DNA from: an uncultured Acidobacteriota bacterium
GTDB taxonomy: Bacteria; Acidobacteriota; Polarisedimenticolia; Polarisedimenticolales; DASRJG01
Length of the DNA stretch: 64,000 bases
NCBI GenBank assembly: GCA_964383585.1
Contig: CAYLHQ010000012.1
Coordinates: forward strand, 36,714 to 100,713
Reading direction: 5' to 3'
Position 1 is the first letter of the stretch. Every line of letters starts with the position of its first letter. Below, in pieces: positions 62,849-64,000 of this stretch. Below the pieces are notes generated by a model, which was not told where the DNA came from, did not search any database, and worked only from the letters and a program-made list of their open reading frames with translations. The position numbers and the translations under genes were made by a program.

Positions 62849-63159
62849 CAATACCCGCCGCGGCCGTAGCCGCCGCCGCCGCCCCTGCGGCCGCCACCGC
62901 CACCGCCCTCACGCTCGCGCGCCTCGTTGACGGTCAGCGGACGGCCTCCGTAGTTCGTGCCGTTCAGCGAACGAATCGCCGCGTCGGCCTCGTCCTGACT
63001 CCCCATGTCGACGAAGCCGAACCCGCGCGGCCGGCCGGTGTCGCGGTCGGTGATCAGCTTCACCTCGCGCACCGTACGGCCGTCCTGGGCGAAGAGCGCC
63101 CGAACGTCGTCTTCGGTCGCGTTGAAGGGGAGGTTGCCGACGTAGAGTCTCGTACCCAT
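62848..63159 (-). CDS. RRM-type RNA-binding protein with a Gly/Arg-rich tail
   Basis: MGTRLYVGNLPF (RNP-2) ... RGFGFVDM (RNP-1) ... GGGGGGRRGGGGGYGRGGY. ATG 63159 was chosen because AGGAG lies 9 nt upstream. Confidence 0.85.
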   Translation of the reverse strand: MGTRLYVGNLPFNATEDDVRALFAQDGRTVREVKLITDRDTGRPRGFGFVDMGSQDEADAAIRSLNGTNYGGRPLTVNEAREREGGGGGGRRGGGGGYGRGGY

Positions 63160-63260
63160 CGAACCCATCTCCTGCCGAACGGCCGGGGCGGCCCGTTCAC
63201 CGGCTCGGAGCCTTCCGGCTCCGTCATCCTTCCGCGCCCTCACGCCCCGAGGTGGGGCCG

Positions 63261-63297
63261 AAACGAAAAACGCCGCAAGACCGTTCCTGCGGCGCGC
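63261..63297 (-). terminator. intrinsic terminator-like hairpin plus U-tract between the decarboxylase and RRM genes
   Basis: On the minus strand CGCCGCA-GGAACGGTCT-TGCGGCG is followed by TTTTTCGTTTC. Confidence 0.45.
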
Positions 63298-63349
63298 GAA
63301 ATCCGAGTTCCCCTGACACAGACATCGGTGAGGCCGCGAACCGCGCCGA

Positions 63350-63378
63350 AGTTAGACCCGGAAGCCCCTAACTGTCAA
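63350..63378 (-). promoter_or_regulatory. candidate sigma70-type promoter TTGACA-N17-CTAACT
   Basis: The minus strand reads CTTGACAGTTAGGGGCTTCCGGGTCTAACT. It overlaps the decarboxylase stop and would give a ~180-nt leader for the RRM gene. Confidence 0.3.
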
Positions 63379-64000
63379 GAGTTAGAGCCCACCGCCCCTG
63401 CGGCCTCCTTCAGGAGGTCGAAGGCGAGATCGAGGTCTTCGGGAAGGGTCCTCGGGTTCCCGATCGAGACTCGGAGCGTGAACCGGTCCCTGAGGCGGGT
63501 GTGGGAGAGGTAGATCTTCCCGCCGCGGTTCACCCGTTCGAGGATCGCCTCGTTTCGCCGGTCGAGCTCGGCCTCCACACCGGAGAACGCCCGCGGTCGG
63601 TTCCGGAAGCAGACGGTGGCCATGGGGACGGGGGCGAGGAGCTCCCAGTCGGGGTCGGCCTCGATCCGGAGGGCGAAGCGCCGGGCGAGGCGGACGTGCT
63701 CGCGAATACGCGCCCCGAGCCCCTCGGCCCCGAACCACCGGATCAGCATCCACATCTTGAGGGCTCGGAACCGCCGGCCGAGCTGGATCCCGTACTCGTT
63801 GTAGTTCCGCACCCCCGGCGCGTCCGGGGTCCTGAGGTACTCCGGGACGAGGGAGAAGGCCTCGCGGAACCGTTCGGATCCACGGAAGAGGAGGAGCGAC
63901 GCGTCGAACGGGGTGAACATCCACTTGTGGGGGTTGACGACGATCGAGTCGGCCTCCTCCCAGCCCGCGAGGAGGGAGCGGTACTCCGGGACGAGAGCCA
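63375..64000 (-). CDS. group II PLP-dependent (aromatic-L-amino-acid/glutamate-type) decarboxylase, 3' part (5' end outside the window)
   Basis: The frame is open to the window edge. It contains the PLP-lysine motif SIVVNPHKWMFTPFDAS and the C-terminal small domain. Confidence 0.85.
   Translation of the reverse strand, partial: ALVPEYRSLLAGWEEADSIVVNPHKWMFTPFDASLLLFRGSERFREAFSLVPEYLRTPDAPGVRNYNEYGIQLGRRFRALKMWMLIRWFGAEGLGARIREHVRLARRFALRIEADPDWELLAPVPMATVCFRNRPRAFSGVEAELDRRNEAILERVNRGGKIYLSHTRLRDRFTLRVSIGNPRTLPEDLDLAFDLLKEAAGAVGSNS

Overview
This is a visibly GC-rich bacterial chromosomal segment (about 70% by eye, not computed). I could support roughly 60 protein-coding genes. I found no rRNA, tRNA or CRISPR array. 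Many gene pairs share ATGA/GTGA start-stop overlaps, which helped fix starts and operons.

Recognisable blocks, in order:
- B12-binding radical SAM gene.
- A small-protein plus nucleotidyltransferase pair; the nucleotidyltransferase gene is disrupted.
- cusCBA-type RND metal efflux operon.
- tsaD; an SPFH plus ribbon-helix-helix pair; fabI.
- Crp/Fnr regulator and a cNMP-binding protein beside a complete cbb3 oxidase cluster (ccoNO fusion, Q, P, G, H, I, S).
- lepA.
- A secreted beta-helix protein with a dockerin-like tail beside a cohesin-like lipoprotein; a giant CarboxypepD_reg-repeat protein; an S9 peptidase.
- A small toxin-antitoxin island (BrnT-like, antitoxin-like, GNAT, HEPN, MNT).
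- LysR regulator, purL, purQ and a ferredoxin-NADP reductase.
- TonB-dependent receptor, a His-rich ORF and a sulfatase-like/TPR lipoprotein.
- A truncated SLC13 permease.
- pdxR-pdxS-pdxT-ilvE.
- Cyclophilin; a compact Tat-exported [NiFe] hydrogenase (small subunit, large subunit, protease).
- hflX, arcC, a fused E1 alpha/beta dehydrogenase, two SDRs, an RRM RNA-binding protein and a PLP decarboxylase fragment.

The most unusual content is non-coding:
1. A ~200-bp MITE-like element with imperfect terminal inverted repeats and a 16-bp internal stem. One copy splits the nucleotidyltransferase gene and is flanked by a perfect 12-bp duplication. A second, diverged copy is intergenic at about 52.0 kb.
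2. A family of AT-rich, near-perfect palindromes that all begin GGGGAC(A/T). They sit exactly on stop codons, mostly between convergent genes. One is a ~175-bp composite hairpin next to the apparently truncated permease. Another supplies the C-terminal tail of CusA.

All functional calls come from motif and family recognition by eye. No database search was run.
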